Shown: piece by piece, positions 10,541 to 22,560 of the stretch
Numbering within the stretch: the first letter of the stretch is position 1
Layout of the letters: every line of letters starts with the position of its first letter
Notes under the pieces: generated by a model
Database searches by the model: none
Told to the model about the DNA's origin: nothing
Seen by the model: the letters and a program-made list of their open reading frames with translations, nothing else
Made by a program: the position numbers and the translations under genes
Source of the DNA: the human T2T-CHM13v2.0 reference genome, Homo sapiens
DNA length: 64,000 bases
NCBI RefSeq assembly: GCF_009914755.1
Contig: NC_060927.1
Strand: one strand, 5' to 3'

Positions 10541-13500
10541 AGGACCTGCAGTGCTTTCCCTACGGAGCCAGGGTGGCAGCTTGAGGCTGGACCCTGCCGT
10601 CTATCTGGTCCATTCTTTTGCCTGGCGGGGTGCCCCTCCTTGGGGCTTAACCCCCCGACTCCGCCCGAGGCTGGTCGGCTCTGAGACACCTTGCCCCCAT
10701 CCCTGACTGGGGGAGCGGTGGTGCTTGAGGGACGGCCTCTGGAACCCCGAGGATTTGAGCTTTCCGCTAACCTCTGACCAGAAGGCACGAAAAGGGGTGA
10801 CTCAGGAGCAGTCCCCGCCTGTCTTTCAAGCGAGGGATAGTCTTTCGGAAGAGTTTCATCCTGGGCCACAGGGCTGTATCCCAAAGGAGCAGGGGTCTCT
10901 CCCACAGTCACATTCTCAGAGTGTGAAAGGAGAAGCAACTCTCCGCCCAAGGTTGTCCTGGGGGTCCTGGGCCTGTGGAAAGAGCTTCCAGGGCCCAAGA
11001 TGCCAAGACCCAGATTCTGTCCTGCCACTTGCAGGTGTGTCCTGTGACCTTAGTATGGTTCTTCCCTCTGGGCCTTGGGTCTCCCAGTGTAGGAGAGTGC
11101 TAGTGTGGACTGAGCCCAATCCGTCTATGAATCCATCCGGCTGGGAGGACGTGGTCTGAGGACAGGCCTCTCGGCTGGCAGGCTGGATGCTGCTTGTCAG
11201 GGATGGAGGCAGCACTCAAAAAAGAGGCCTGAGCAAACTCCCAGGGGAGGGTGAGCTGCTGAGCAGTGCACCATTCACTCAGCAAGCCTTGCTGAGGGCC
11301 TCCTGAGTACCAGCCTGCCTGGAGCCGGAGTGACAACAGTGGAGCCTCCATCCTCCACTCAGGCCTGGCTACCTCTCCCCTCTGCTCCACCATGGGGTTG
11401 GATGCCGGTCTGGGTGCTCTCCCAGGCCTACCACAGGATGAACACAGACCCCTCTTTCTCTAGGGCAGAGACTGGTCTTGGTGTTCCCTCCCCAGACGGG
11501 TCCATGGTAGCTCAAGAAGGTGTCAAGTGCCCAATAAGTCAGGGTGACATCCCTGACGGGCAGGCCAGAGTCACATCAACAGAAGGCTCATGCTGTCCTC
11601 AAGTGAGACTGGGCGCGTGTCCCACGGCGCTGAAGCATACTCGCTTCTGAGTGCCTGGTGAGGAATGGGCCATTGCTCTCACTAGCAAGGGAACAACTGA
11701 AATGGGAGCCTCCTCTGAGCCTCCCCAGCCCCCACTACCCAGGCATGAGGAAGAACTACCCTAGAGAGAGGAAAGGGGTCCCGCCATCCCTCACATTAGC
11801 CTGCAATGACTCCTGTCTCTCTCCCTTTAGACTCCTGTAGTGGGGGATACACCCTGGAGGAGAGATCTGTGAGAATGTGTGAAAAGCTCCTGCAGCAGGA
11901 GGAGAGGGCGTCCTCTAACAAGGAGGTAAAGAGAGGCAGATTTGGATGAGTGCAGGAGAAGGGGGAGCATGTGGAGAGGGGGTGACAGTGGAAGCAAAGG
12001 GTTGGCAGGAAAATTAACCAGCCCCTGATGTGCCAGCAGGACCCTGGGCCCCCACCGGGCAGGTTGGAGGAGGTTGGAGGAAAGGCCCTAAGTCTTGGTT
12101 CTCACTGTGGGGAAGAACCCTCAATCCCAGACTTACAAGGCCCAGAGCAGGGCAGGAACTCGCCTATGGTCACATGGCAAGAGACCAGAGCTGTCCCTGT
12201 CCGGGGCCTTGCCTGGCAGCTGTAGGCTTCCCTCAAGGGAGAGGGTCGTTCTTGGCAGCAACCTGGTGCCCTGGGTGATTCCAAGGCCTTGGAATCATTC
12301 TTCCTCTTTAGAAATGTGGTCTTTCCTGCCTTTAGGGTTCAGGCCTTCCCTCACCTGCAGCTCCCAGGAGGGGTGTCCAGCTCACTAGGGTCTCCCTGAG
12401 GGGCAGGGTGGGGGAGTGGGAAAGAGGCTGCTGGAAAAGCTCTGTCCCTGGGGATGAGCTTGTTTCAGGAGGGAGAGGGGAAGTGCAGGTGGGACATGCT
12501 TGAACTCTCTGAGGGCTGTCCCTCCTTCCCACACAGCCCCAGGCCTTTGCACAGGTATTTCCCCTGCCTGGACAGTTTTCATCCTCAGCCTTTGCCTGCC
12601 TTCTGATCCCAGCTCAGTCTCTGAGCACAGAGGCCTCCTCTGATCATCCGGGCCCAGATTAGCTTCCCTGCTGGGTGCTCCAAGGACCCCGTCCCCTCCT
12701 CACCCCATCTTTGCTCTGCACCCTATCACAGTCACTGTCCACCACCCAACACCATCCACTACCACACCACACTGGTCACCCGGAACGCCCAGGGGCAAGT
12801 CTGCCCTGCCTCAAGCCTGCTGCTCCTCCTGCCATCCCTTCTCATCGCGATCAGCCAACTGCCAGGCCTGAACCCACAAGGCACGTCTGGAGCTGCCTTC
12901 CCTGTCTGCACACATCCAACCTCAGAACCACACAGAGAAGGGGCCTTCCTGGCAGCACAAGGCCTCGCCATGGTGGGTATGTTTCATGGCCCTTTGCTAT
13001 TCCTCTGGGAGGAGCTGAGGGTCCCTAAGAGCAGATGTGAGCTAGTATGTACCCCCTTCCCCCCAACACACACATTCATATGGCTGGTTGACCAAGGAGC
13101 TGTGTCATCAGAACAGTTCAAGTGCCTAAGAAACAGATTTACCTTTTCCCACTACTGCCCATGGATTTCTTGCAAACGGGCCACCATGCTTCTAATGGAC
13201 AGGCTGAGGCGAGGGGAGGGTCAGCTCCTTGCCCTCCTGGTCCTAAGGAGGCTGGCACAAATCTAAGCTAAGGAGGCAGCTTTCTACTATGGGTCTGTCT
13301 CACATCCCACTGTAAGGGATGAGCAAGGGCTGAGCAGTCTCTGGTGCCTGTTGCTGGAGAGTAAGCCAGCCTCTGCCCAGACCAGCTCCACCAGGCTGGA
13401 GAGGTGCTCCGATGGAGGCCTGCTGAGACCTAGACTTGGTCTGCTTGCCCTTGAACTTTGGGACAGCTTCTTCCCCAACCCTTGGTGGGGTGCCTGCCTG

Positions 13501-13589
13501 GGCCGGTGTTCAGACAGCAGCATCTAAGCCAGGCCAGGAGAGGACTGTGAAGGGATGGCAACTCCTCTGCCCTGTATAGAACTCCTGGC

Positions 13590-13782
13590 TGCACACATAC
13601 ACATATACATGTAAGGATACATACAACACAGGCACCAACACACATAGTCCTACCCATATAACCACATATGCTCATGGGCACATAAGTGTATGTACAGAAA
13701 TACACAGATAAGGACCTATACATGTGTGCAAAAATACACAATACACGTGCACACACACTCTGTTGTATGTAGATACACACGC
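13590..13782. repeat. CA/TA-rich low-complexity repeat
   Basis: Degenerate acacatacacatatacat... tract. Confidence 0.7.
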
Positions 13783-14960
13783 TTCCAGACCCACATCTGG
13801 GCGCTCGCCACTCCTATTGGGGGATACCCACAGACATGTCCTCCAGAGGGGTGGTTACCAAGCTGGCGGGATGCACGGTCCTCTCCCCTCAGCCCTCTAG
13901 TCACCTAGGCTCACATTGTCCTATTGGCTGTTGCTGGTATCTCCATAGCAACAGGTTCTGGATGGAACCGGGGTCCACCCCTGCCTTTCCAGCAGGGGCC
14001 TGCCAGGCCCTGGGTAATGGCAGTGTAGTGTGGGAAAGCTGGGACAGCTCTGGGGTGGGGGAGCCACATGCCTATTTATCTGCTCCCTCTCCTGCCCAGG
14101 TGTACAGGGCAGACCTGGTGAGAGTGCAGGGCCTGGGGGAGCAAGTAGCCCTGGCAGAAAAGTGGGTCACACCCAGGATGATTAGAGCACAAGACATGGC
14201 AGGACGGAAGCAAGGGCCTGGGAGATCTGTGGGGAATCCCCAAGGCTGCTTGGAGAAGGCAAAGGGAAGAGGGAGGAGAGAGCCCGGCCAAGAGGGAAGC
14301 CTCCTTGTTCATTCTCAGACATTTTCTCAGCACCTGCCCCATACCAGGGAGTGTGCAGGACAGTGAAGGGGGGACTCAGATGGCACAGACCAACATAATT
14401 CTTCTCTCTCAGAGCTCCCCACCCAGCAGTGACAGGGCAAGGCCTTGGCCAGCCTCTCCACGTGGAGTCCCTGGGGTCACTCACTTGAGGGTGTACCTTT
14501 CCAATCACAGCCCAAGGGGCCAGCCCAAGGATGGAAAACAGAGGACACACATCTACTGCTCTTCCATGCTTTGTCCCTGGCAGACATTACTAGTCAACCA
14601 CAGCACATTTTCTTGCTGAGCCATGCCCTGGTCTCAAAACCCTTCCAAGCAGGCATGACCAGCTGATTGTCATAGGCAAGAAAGCTAAAACCTATTTGCT
14701 TAGGTTTTAGTTCATAGCCAGACCAGCTATGCCCTCCCTGTCCCCACCGCTAGCTCAGCTCACCCTGACTTTCTCCTGCTTGCTCCCTACACTGTGTGCC
14801 AGATACAGTGCCCCTGCCTCCACATGTGCCTTCATTCCATGCCCCCACCCTCTGAAATCATCTCCAGCTTCTTAGGGGCCACAGCTTCAGGAGGCCTTCC
14901 CTGCCTCATTGCAACAGTCTGCACCTTCTCCTAATCCTTTCCTGTGGGGCCCAGCATTTT

Positions 14961-15143
14961 ACTTCATTTTGTTTTATTTTTATTATTAGTTTTTTTGAGA
15001 CAGGGTCTTGCTCTGTCATCTAGGCTGGAGTGCAGTAGTTTGGCCACAGCTCACAGCAGCCTCGAACTCCTGGGCTCAAGTGATCCTCCCGCCTCAGCCT
15101 CCCAGAATGCTGTGATTACAGGTGTGAGCCACTGCACCGGGCC
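14961..15143 (-). mobile_element. Free Alu monomer (FRAM/FLAM-like)
   Basis: Single ~150 bp Alu arm plus T-rich tail; ccagcatttt repeated at 14951-14960 and 15148-15157 (likely TSD). Confidence 0.85.
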
Positions 15144-15962
15144 AAGTCCAGCATTTTCTACCCTCTACCCACTTAAGGGCACCTCAGCCTGCAGGGTCTA
15201 GGGTGGGGCTTCACCTCTGTGGCTTCTTCCCCTAGATTAGCCTCCCTTTCATCATTGAAGTCCCATCTCCCATGAGGTCACCAAGGTCCTGGGCCCCACC
15301 CTGCCCTCCATTCCAAGCCCTCCCAGGCATGGGGTCCCCCCTCAGAGCAATGGGGATCTGCTGGGCTGGTCAGCCTAGGCAAATGAGCATTTAAAACTCT
15401 GCTGGGAGCCAAGTTGGGACTGATGTCGAGAGGGCCTGGTTTCTGTTCCTGCAGAAAGGCCACACCCTGCTTTGTCCCCACTCCATTGCAGCCTCTTGCT
15501 TTCACATCCTCAGCCCTGTATTCACCCCGGATTCCCCAGTGGGGTGAGCAGAGCAGGACTTGTCTGGCCGTTCTACAGATAGGAAAGCTGAGGCCCAGGA
15601 AGGGAAGTGTCTTGCCCAAGGGCCTGGCTCCAGCCCCAGCCAGTTACTCACTCACCCACCAGGCCTGGGGTGAGTCATGGTGGCCCAGGTGATGGGAAGG
15701 AAACACATAAACATGGGCAAGTGGGAAGGACGGTCTGCAGGGAGGGTGGATGCCCGCCTTGGGCTCCCAGTGATGAGTTCCCACACAGGCTGTCTTGGGC
15801 TTAATGGGCTTGCACACTCCCATCTGTCTCAAAACATCTTTCCTTCTGGCCTCGAATCCAGGCTTTGCATCAGCCCTGGGAGCACTGCCAGCCCATTTGA
15901 CAAATGGAGAAACTGAGGCCCATGGCCACAAATCAAGCAGTGGCAGCGGGCTGGGCTCCAGA

Positions 15963-16454
15963 CTAAAAACCTAGAGCTCCTTTCCCGCGCCCAGGGGTTC
16001 CCAGCTGGCTCTGACTGTGGCTCCAGTCTCCTCCAGGCTCAAGTACAGTCCACAGGGAGCCCTGCTCTGCCAGCTCTTTCCCGTCTCTGGGGAGGCCCAG
16101 CGCTAGCAGGGTGGGAGACAGACTGGGAGGACAGGCAGCTGTGCATGCCCATAAAGAGAAGGGCTCTGTCTTCCACAGAACATTCGTGCTACCAAACGCC
16201 TTTTCCACTTCCATGACAGAGATGGCTAATCCATCCCAGTACTCAATTTCAGAAGCCATCTGGCCACCACTACACAGCCCAGATTCTCCCCCTTCTCCCC
16301 TAGACCACCTCCCGTGCCTCCTCTCCAGGCCTCTGCCTCCATCCCGACAGTCATTCCCCACACAGCAGCCAGAGGGATCTTTTGAGAAGGTGGAGGCAGC
16401 CTCTCCTCCTCCACAGCCTCCCACTGTCCCCAGCATAGAGTCTACACTCTGCAT
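15963..16454 (-). other. 163-codon putative ORF resembling the LINC00696 (C3orf74) peptide; coding status doubtful
   Basis: ATG at 16454 (MQSVDSMLGTVGG...GKGALGF). Identity is from memory of a lncRNA-associated putative protein between DUSP7 and POC1A; no recognisable domain; overlaps L2-like sequence. Confidence 0.5.
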
Positions 16455-16540
16455 AGAGTCTACACGATGCTCTGTGACCCCTCCCCTCCCTCTTCTCCTC
16501 GTCCTGGATTCTCCAGCAGCTTTCACTCTCTCACCCGCAC
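16230..16540 (+). mobile_element. Degraded L2 fragment
   Basis: ctctgcctccatcc...cattccccacacagcagccagagggatctttt resembles the L2 3' region. Confidence 0.55.
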
Positions 16541-16658
16541 TTCCCCAGCCCGGGCTCCTTCTGCAGGGCCTCTGCCCTCACTGATCCCCCTTCTGAAACC
16601 CTCTTCTCCCAGCTCTCGCCTTTGACTACCTTCTTATTCTGTCCCCCAAACCCACTCA

Positions 16659-17102
<444 letters not shown>

Positions 17103-19505
17103 AAACATCTTTGGCCCTCCGTTGCCATACTCGATGATTCCAGAAGCCTCTTACTTCCATTCCCTCCTTGGGCCTCAGCCTGTTCTGTATGACCTGCCCA
17201 GAGTCACTCAGTGAGAGTCTCTGGAGCCAGAGGGCTCCCTGACATGAAGGGATGGACCTGCTGGCACCTTGCCTGGCAGGCCTCATCCTGGCCTTGGACC
17301 ATAGCCCTTGATTTCCCCCACCCAGCTACAGCTCCTCCGTCCTCTACAGAATGAGCCCAAACTCCCACCTCTTCATGGACCTGAAGGTCCCTGGGGTCTT
17401 AAGCCTGGGTTTTAGTCCTATACCCCACCGCCACCCCCCTTCAAGCCTGGAGGAGGGGCTGGGCTGGGTCAGGGGTTCTGACTCACCTGGGCACCCCATC
17501 TGCTGACACGGAGGTCATCCCTAGAGAGCCAGGAGAAGACACTCAACAGCCCAGGGAAATCAGGTGTGCTGCATCTGATGTCCTCGGGCCTCAGAGGCAG
17601 GCAGAGGAGAAGGGGAAAGGACTCAGATAAACCCAGGTGGACTGGGTTCCCTGCTCCAAAGCCACGGGTGAGGGCTACACCCTCGCCTCTTGCATCCCCT
17701 TCCCCACGATCCTCAGCATCTCTGCCCTGGGATGATCTCTCGCCTGCCTTACACTCCAGGGCTTGTGGGCTGCACGCCATGAGCCCACCTGGGAGCCTGA
17801 GGGATGGGAGCCAGGGCTTTGCAGGAGCAGGAATCCTTAGCTGCATGCCCACGTGGCCACCATGGCACTCTTGGCCCCCTGCTCAAAATTTCTGATCTTT
17901 CGAAGGCCACCTCTGCCAGGAAGGGCCTGGAGCCCAGGTGGTTTGAGCAGGGGATGGGGAGGGGGAGAAGACATCTCGGGCAGGCATTTGCTCAACCAGA
18001 GCAATGGCAAGAAGTAGTGATGGGGCTGGGGGTTGCCCTGGTTCTATCTTTGCCAAACCAACCTATGGTTTTTTGATTGGCAGAGCTGGCAGTGGGAGGT
18101 TCCTGACAGTGAAGACAGTCCAACCTTTGAGGCGGGGAGGGCAAAAGAGGCCAGGAGTTCTCATGGCACCTCGTGGGCGGATGTGCCAGGGGCTTAATTG
18201 CCTCATTAGCATCTGCCTGCTGCCTGGGCCTGTCTGGTCCCCTCCCTGCCTGCCCACACGGCCCCGTTTTTCAGGAATCCTTCCTATGAGGCATTGATGG
18301 TGACAGTGAGGGTGACCATGACGAAGCCGGGAAATGGCTTGGGAGCCGGCTGGCCTGGCCCAGGTGCAGGGTTGCTGGCTTGAGGCCTCATAGCCCAGCA
18401 CCATTCCACGTGGTTCAGCTGGCCAGCTGCCTGCCGGGACCTGGATGCGGACTGTTCCCAGGTAGGCAACAGCAGGAAATAGTCTAAGGACTCCCCTTCC
18501 TGCCCTGGCCCCACCCAGCCTGACTCCGGCCACAGGCGCACATGCTTCAAGACTTGGATGACTCCCTTCCTGAAAAGATCAGGCCCTCGAGGAGGGAGGA
18601 GTTCAATGGCTCTCTCAGGGCTCCTAGTGGGCCCTCCAAGGTGGGGACAGGATGGACAAGGGCCTACTCTGCCTGGGCCCCTGCCCACCTCCCTGCCCCT
18701 CCCCGTGGCTTACGTAGTCTCCCAGCAGAGGACAGCACTGCCCTGACACCCATCTCCAACAGGACAACCCTCTAGCCTGAGCCCTAGGAGCAGCTGAGCC
18801 CAGGGCTGGTGGGCTGAAGAGTGTTGGGAGGCATTTGGCTGGAGCTGGAGACCTCCCCAGAGACCCTGAAGCATCAGCCAGCCCACAGCCCCAAGGCCCG
18901 GCCCAAGAACTCAGTCTGAGGGGTAGCTGGATTCCCCAGGCCATGGGCACTACCCAGACTTGGAGCTCCCAGGAACAACAAAAAGGCCCAAGGAGCTGGA
19001 GCCCATGGAGCTGGGGAAACACAGCTCTGCTGCCTGCAACACACTTGGGGGGCCTCTGCAGTGCCCCAGCCCCTGGGCCTTAATCTCTCCATCTATAAAG
19101 CAGGGCAGTACCTTCTGCCTCCCCTGACTCCCAGGGACTATGGGGCAGCCAGGGAAGTTCCACATTGGGCCCATCAGAGGGAAAGGAAAGGCCTCTTTGT
19201 CCTAAGTGGCTGGGTATGGGCCCTCGACTACCCCTATGCACTTTGGGCAGCAGGAGTGGCCTTGGCCTGACCCACCTGTGCCAGAGAAGGTCAAGTGCTG
19301 ACCACCTGGCAGGCCCTTTGCCAGGCATAGCAGGACAGCCCTATGTGGCCCTCAGGTGACCAAGGTGTGAGTATGCCATGTGTGTTGGGACAGGGCAGGG
19401 ATAAGATTGGGTTGGGGTGGAGATAGGGGAGCCTGACCAAGACACTTGGCTCCAATTTTGACCACCACTGGCCTCCCCTCTCCAAGCCTCAGTTTCTTCC
19501 TCTAT

Positions 19506-19773
19506 AAGGAGTCCCCAGATCCCGGGCTGTGGAGAACCGCCTGAGCTCCACCTCCTATCAGGTCAGCGTTGGCATTAGATTCTCATAGCAGCGCGAACCC
19601 TATTGTGGACAGCGAATGAGAGGGATCTAGGTTGCATGCGCCATATGAGAATCTAATGCCTATGATCTGAGGTGGAACAGTTTCATCCCGAAACCATGCC
19701 TCCAGCCCAAGTCCATGGAAAAATTGTCTTCCACGAAACTGGTCCCCGGTGCCAAAAAGGTTGAGGACCGCTG
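19506..19773 (+). mobile_element. MER1B-like hAT-Charlie DNA transposon inserted in a MIR
   Basis: ctgagctccacctcc...ggcattagattctcata...gccaaaaaggttgaggaccgctg; termini ggagtcccc / gaggaccgctg; flanked by ctctataa / gtctataa. Confidence 0.85.
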
Positions 19774-22109
19774 GTCTATAAAATGGGGCTTCAGTCTACC
19801 AGGCAAGAGTGTTGCAAGGCAGCAGATGAGCTATGTAAAGAGCCTGGTCCTGCCTTCTGCTCAACCTCTTTGTGCCCAGAAAGTAGAGAGAGGACCTAGG
19901 GGTAGTCAAGGACTCCGTGTGGGAAGCCCCCTGGAGCAAAGGGATGAGAGGGGGCCTGTGAGCAGCTGTGCCAGGCAGTGTGGGCAGACGGGGCTCTAAG
20001 CAGAGAGGCTGGCCCCCATAGGGAAATGGGGACAAAGGAGCTCGTCCAAGCCTAGAGCCAGGGGCTGCCCATCCCAAGGCTGATGTCGCAGTAGGAGAGT
20101 AGTGTGGACACTCCCAACACCCTGGGCCTGCCCGTGCAGGTCCCATCTCCTGGGGAAGGCCCTGCCTGCCAGCCTCTGCACCCATGCCGGCCCACTCACC
20201 TGCTCTTCTCCCACGGGGAAGAAACATCAGCGTAGGGAGAAACTCTGGGTCACCAGGACCCAGCTGGCTCAAGTGAGGTCCCACCAGCCCCCGCTGGCTC
20301 CTGCTCACCCATCCTTTGCTGTCACCCCCATCAATTCCTACCCTTTGCTCAGACCCAGCAGGTAACAATTCCTGATGGGACACTCAGGGAGCTTTTCCTG
20401 TTGTGGGATTTTGACCCATCCTTACTGCCTCCTCACTGTTCTTTCTGTACCATTTTCTAAAGTGGGTTCTGTAGAATCCCAGGCCTGCCAGGTATGCTGC
20501 AATAAAAAGGACCATGTGGTCAAATGTCTGGAAACACCATGAACTCTATGGCCCAGTGGCTGCACTGCATGGGAGTGTATTAAAGGCTCTGACAATCCTT
20601 CAGGGAAGTGGTTGTCTTTACTTTGTTCATCCTGGCATTTCCCAAATCCTGGTGACAATAGCACCAGTTTGTTTTGCATAACCTCCGCTAACAGCCCATG
20701 GAACCGGGCCTTCACTGTGTCCTCCAGGGAGGATGTGGAACTCTGTTGCCTGGTGGCTGTTCTACGTACCATATTCTCTTCCCTGGACTTCCCTTCCCAT
20801 TTTTCAGATGGAAAGCTGAGGGCCATCGAGTTCATCACTCAGAACCCCATACCCTTGGGCCTGCTCAAGTGGCCCTGGGATCTGCTTTTCACACACAGGT
20901 CCAGCTGCCCCGGTGGGATCAGAAACCACCCTGGCCCAGCTGCTGGGGCTAAGATGTCTCACCAGGCGCCGGGACGTGGCTGGAGAGGAGAGCAGTGAGA
21001 TGAGCTGGCCGCCAGGCCATGCTTCCTCCACCGGCACCGGCTGGCTCCTTGTGCTTTCCAGCCTGTAACTGCACAGGGCCAGACAGGGGCCAGATGTGGG
21101 GAAGCCGCTGTGGCTCAGCATGGGGGCTGCGGACAGGGCCCCCTCCCCAAGCCTGGGCCAGAGTTGGGTTACGAGCCCTGAGGGTCTCCTAATGAGTTCC
21201 ACATGCTAGTGGATGCCTCAGAGAGGAAATGGGAAGGGGCTGGGGAGGGGAGAGGGGGCCTGAGAGGGAATTGGAAACATGTGTTTGTGGAGGAGGAGGA
21301 AGAAAGGCAGGAGGAAGGGAGAGGGAGGAAGGGAGCAGGAGGTGGGAGGAGAAGACTTTATCCCCAGGCGTTCTGGTGCTCATCCCCAGCGAGGTTGGCT
21401 GCCAGGCACACAGGCCCCTGCAGGAGGCCCCCAGGCCAGTGGTCTGCTGCGGGAGTGGTGGGAGAGGCCCCTTAGAGGCCCACTCCTCTCCTTCAGACAG
21501 AAAAAGCCCAAATCCCTGGCTCTGCTTGGCTGGGGTTCGGAGCCACTAGCCGGGGCAGGATAGAACTAGGTGGGTGGGAGGGTCTGTGGGGGCATGAGAA
21601 AGCCACCCCACATCTCATCGGCCAGCCAACAGTGAGATGCACATTTGAATCCAGCCCAGCCACCTGCACCCTACGCGAGAGGCCATGGTGCCTCGAGGCC
21701 ACCGATCCCTCCAGCCCTGACACCACCTCTGCCTCTCTGAGCCAGCAACCGGCAGAGAGGCGGCCCCACTCTCGCACCCTGTCCTATAGGGCTGGGCGAG
21801 GCACCTGGCTTGGCCTGGTGGTTGGAAGCCTCAGTAGGAAAAGGCTGTGCAGGAGTCACGCGGGCACGTGGGGTGGGGTATCCAGTGAGCAAGACCCATG
21901 GCAGTTACTGAGCAAAGTCCAAGGGCCTTACGGGGCACAATGGCTCCCACTCCCAGGAGCCCTGATTGAGCCCCAGGTTGGCCCAGCCGAGCAGCTGAGG
22001 CTGATCCTGGAGTGGGCCTTGTAGCCAGCTGGTAATCCGCTCCCATTCCCACCCATCTCCCTGGGCCACCGATTGCAGCCCAGCAGGGACAGTGCCAGCT
22101 CTTAGTGCT

Positions 22110-22560
22110 TTGTGTGTATTGTCTCAGCAAGTCTTCCCAGCAGTCTTATGGGGTCACTTTTGCTCTTACCCCATGTTATAGATGAGGAGGCCGAGGCACA
22201 GAGAGGTGAAGTCAGAGTATTCCCAGCAGCAGGAACAGCAGGTGCAAAGGCCCTGGGGCTGGAATGTGCCTGGTGTGTCCAAGGAACAGTGAGAAGGCAG
22301 GTGTGGCTAGAGAAGAATGAGGGGAGGGGGGCAAGAGACAGGGGGTAGAGGTGGGCAAAACCGAGCAGGCCTCAGCTGTGGGGAGCACTCCTGTGGCCTG
22401 TACTTGGAGGAGGCTGGGAACTGCTTGCGAGGTTGTGCAGTGATGGCATGAGCTCTTTTACACGTGTTCTTACTTTTTACTCTTGCATCTCAGCAGACTG
22501 GCTACTGTGTTGAGAACAGATGGGGTGGGCTGGGGGCAGAAGTGGGAGACAAGGTAGGAA
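22110..22560 (-). mobile_element. MIR fragment followed by L2 fragment
   Basis: cccatgttatagatgaggaggccgaggcacagagagg (MIR), then ggaacagcaggtgcaaaggccctggggctggaatgtgcctggtgtgtccaaggaacag (L2). Confidence 0.65.
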
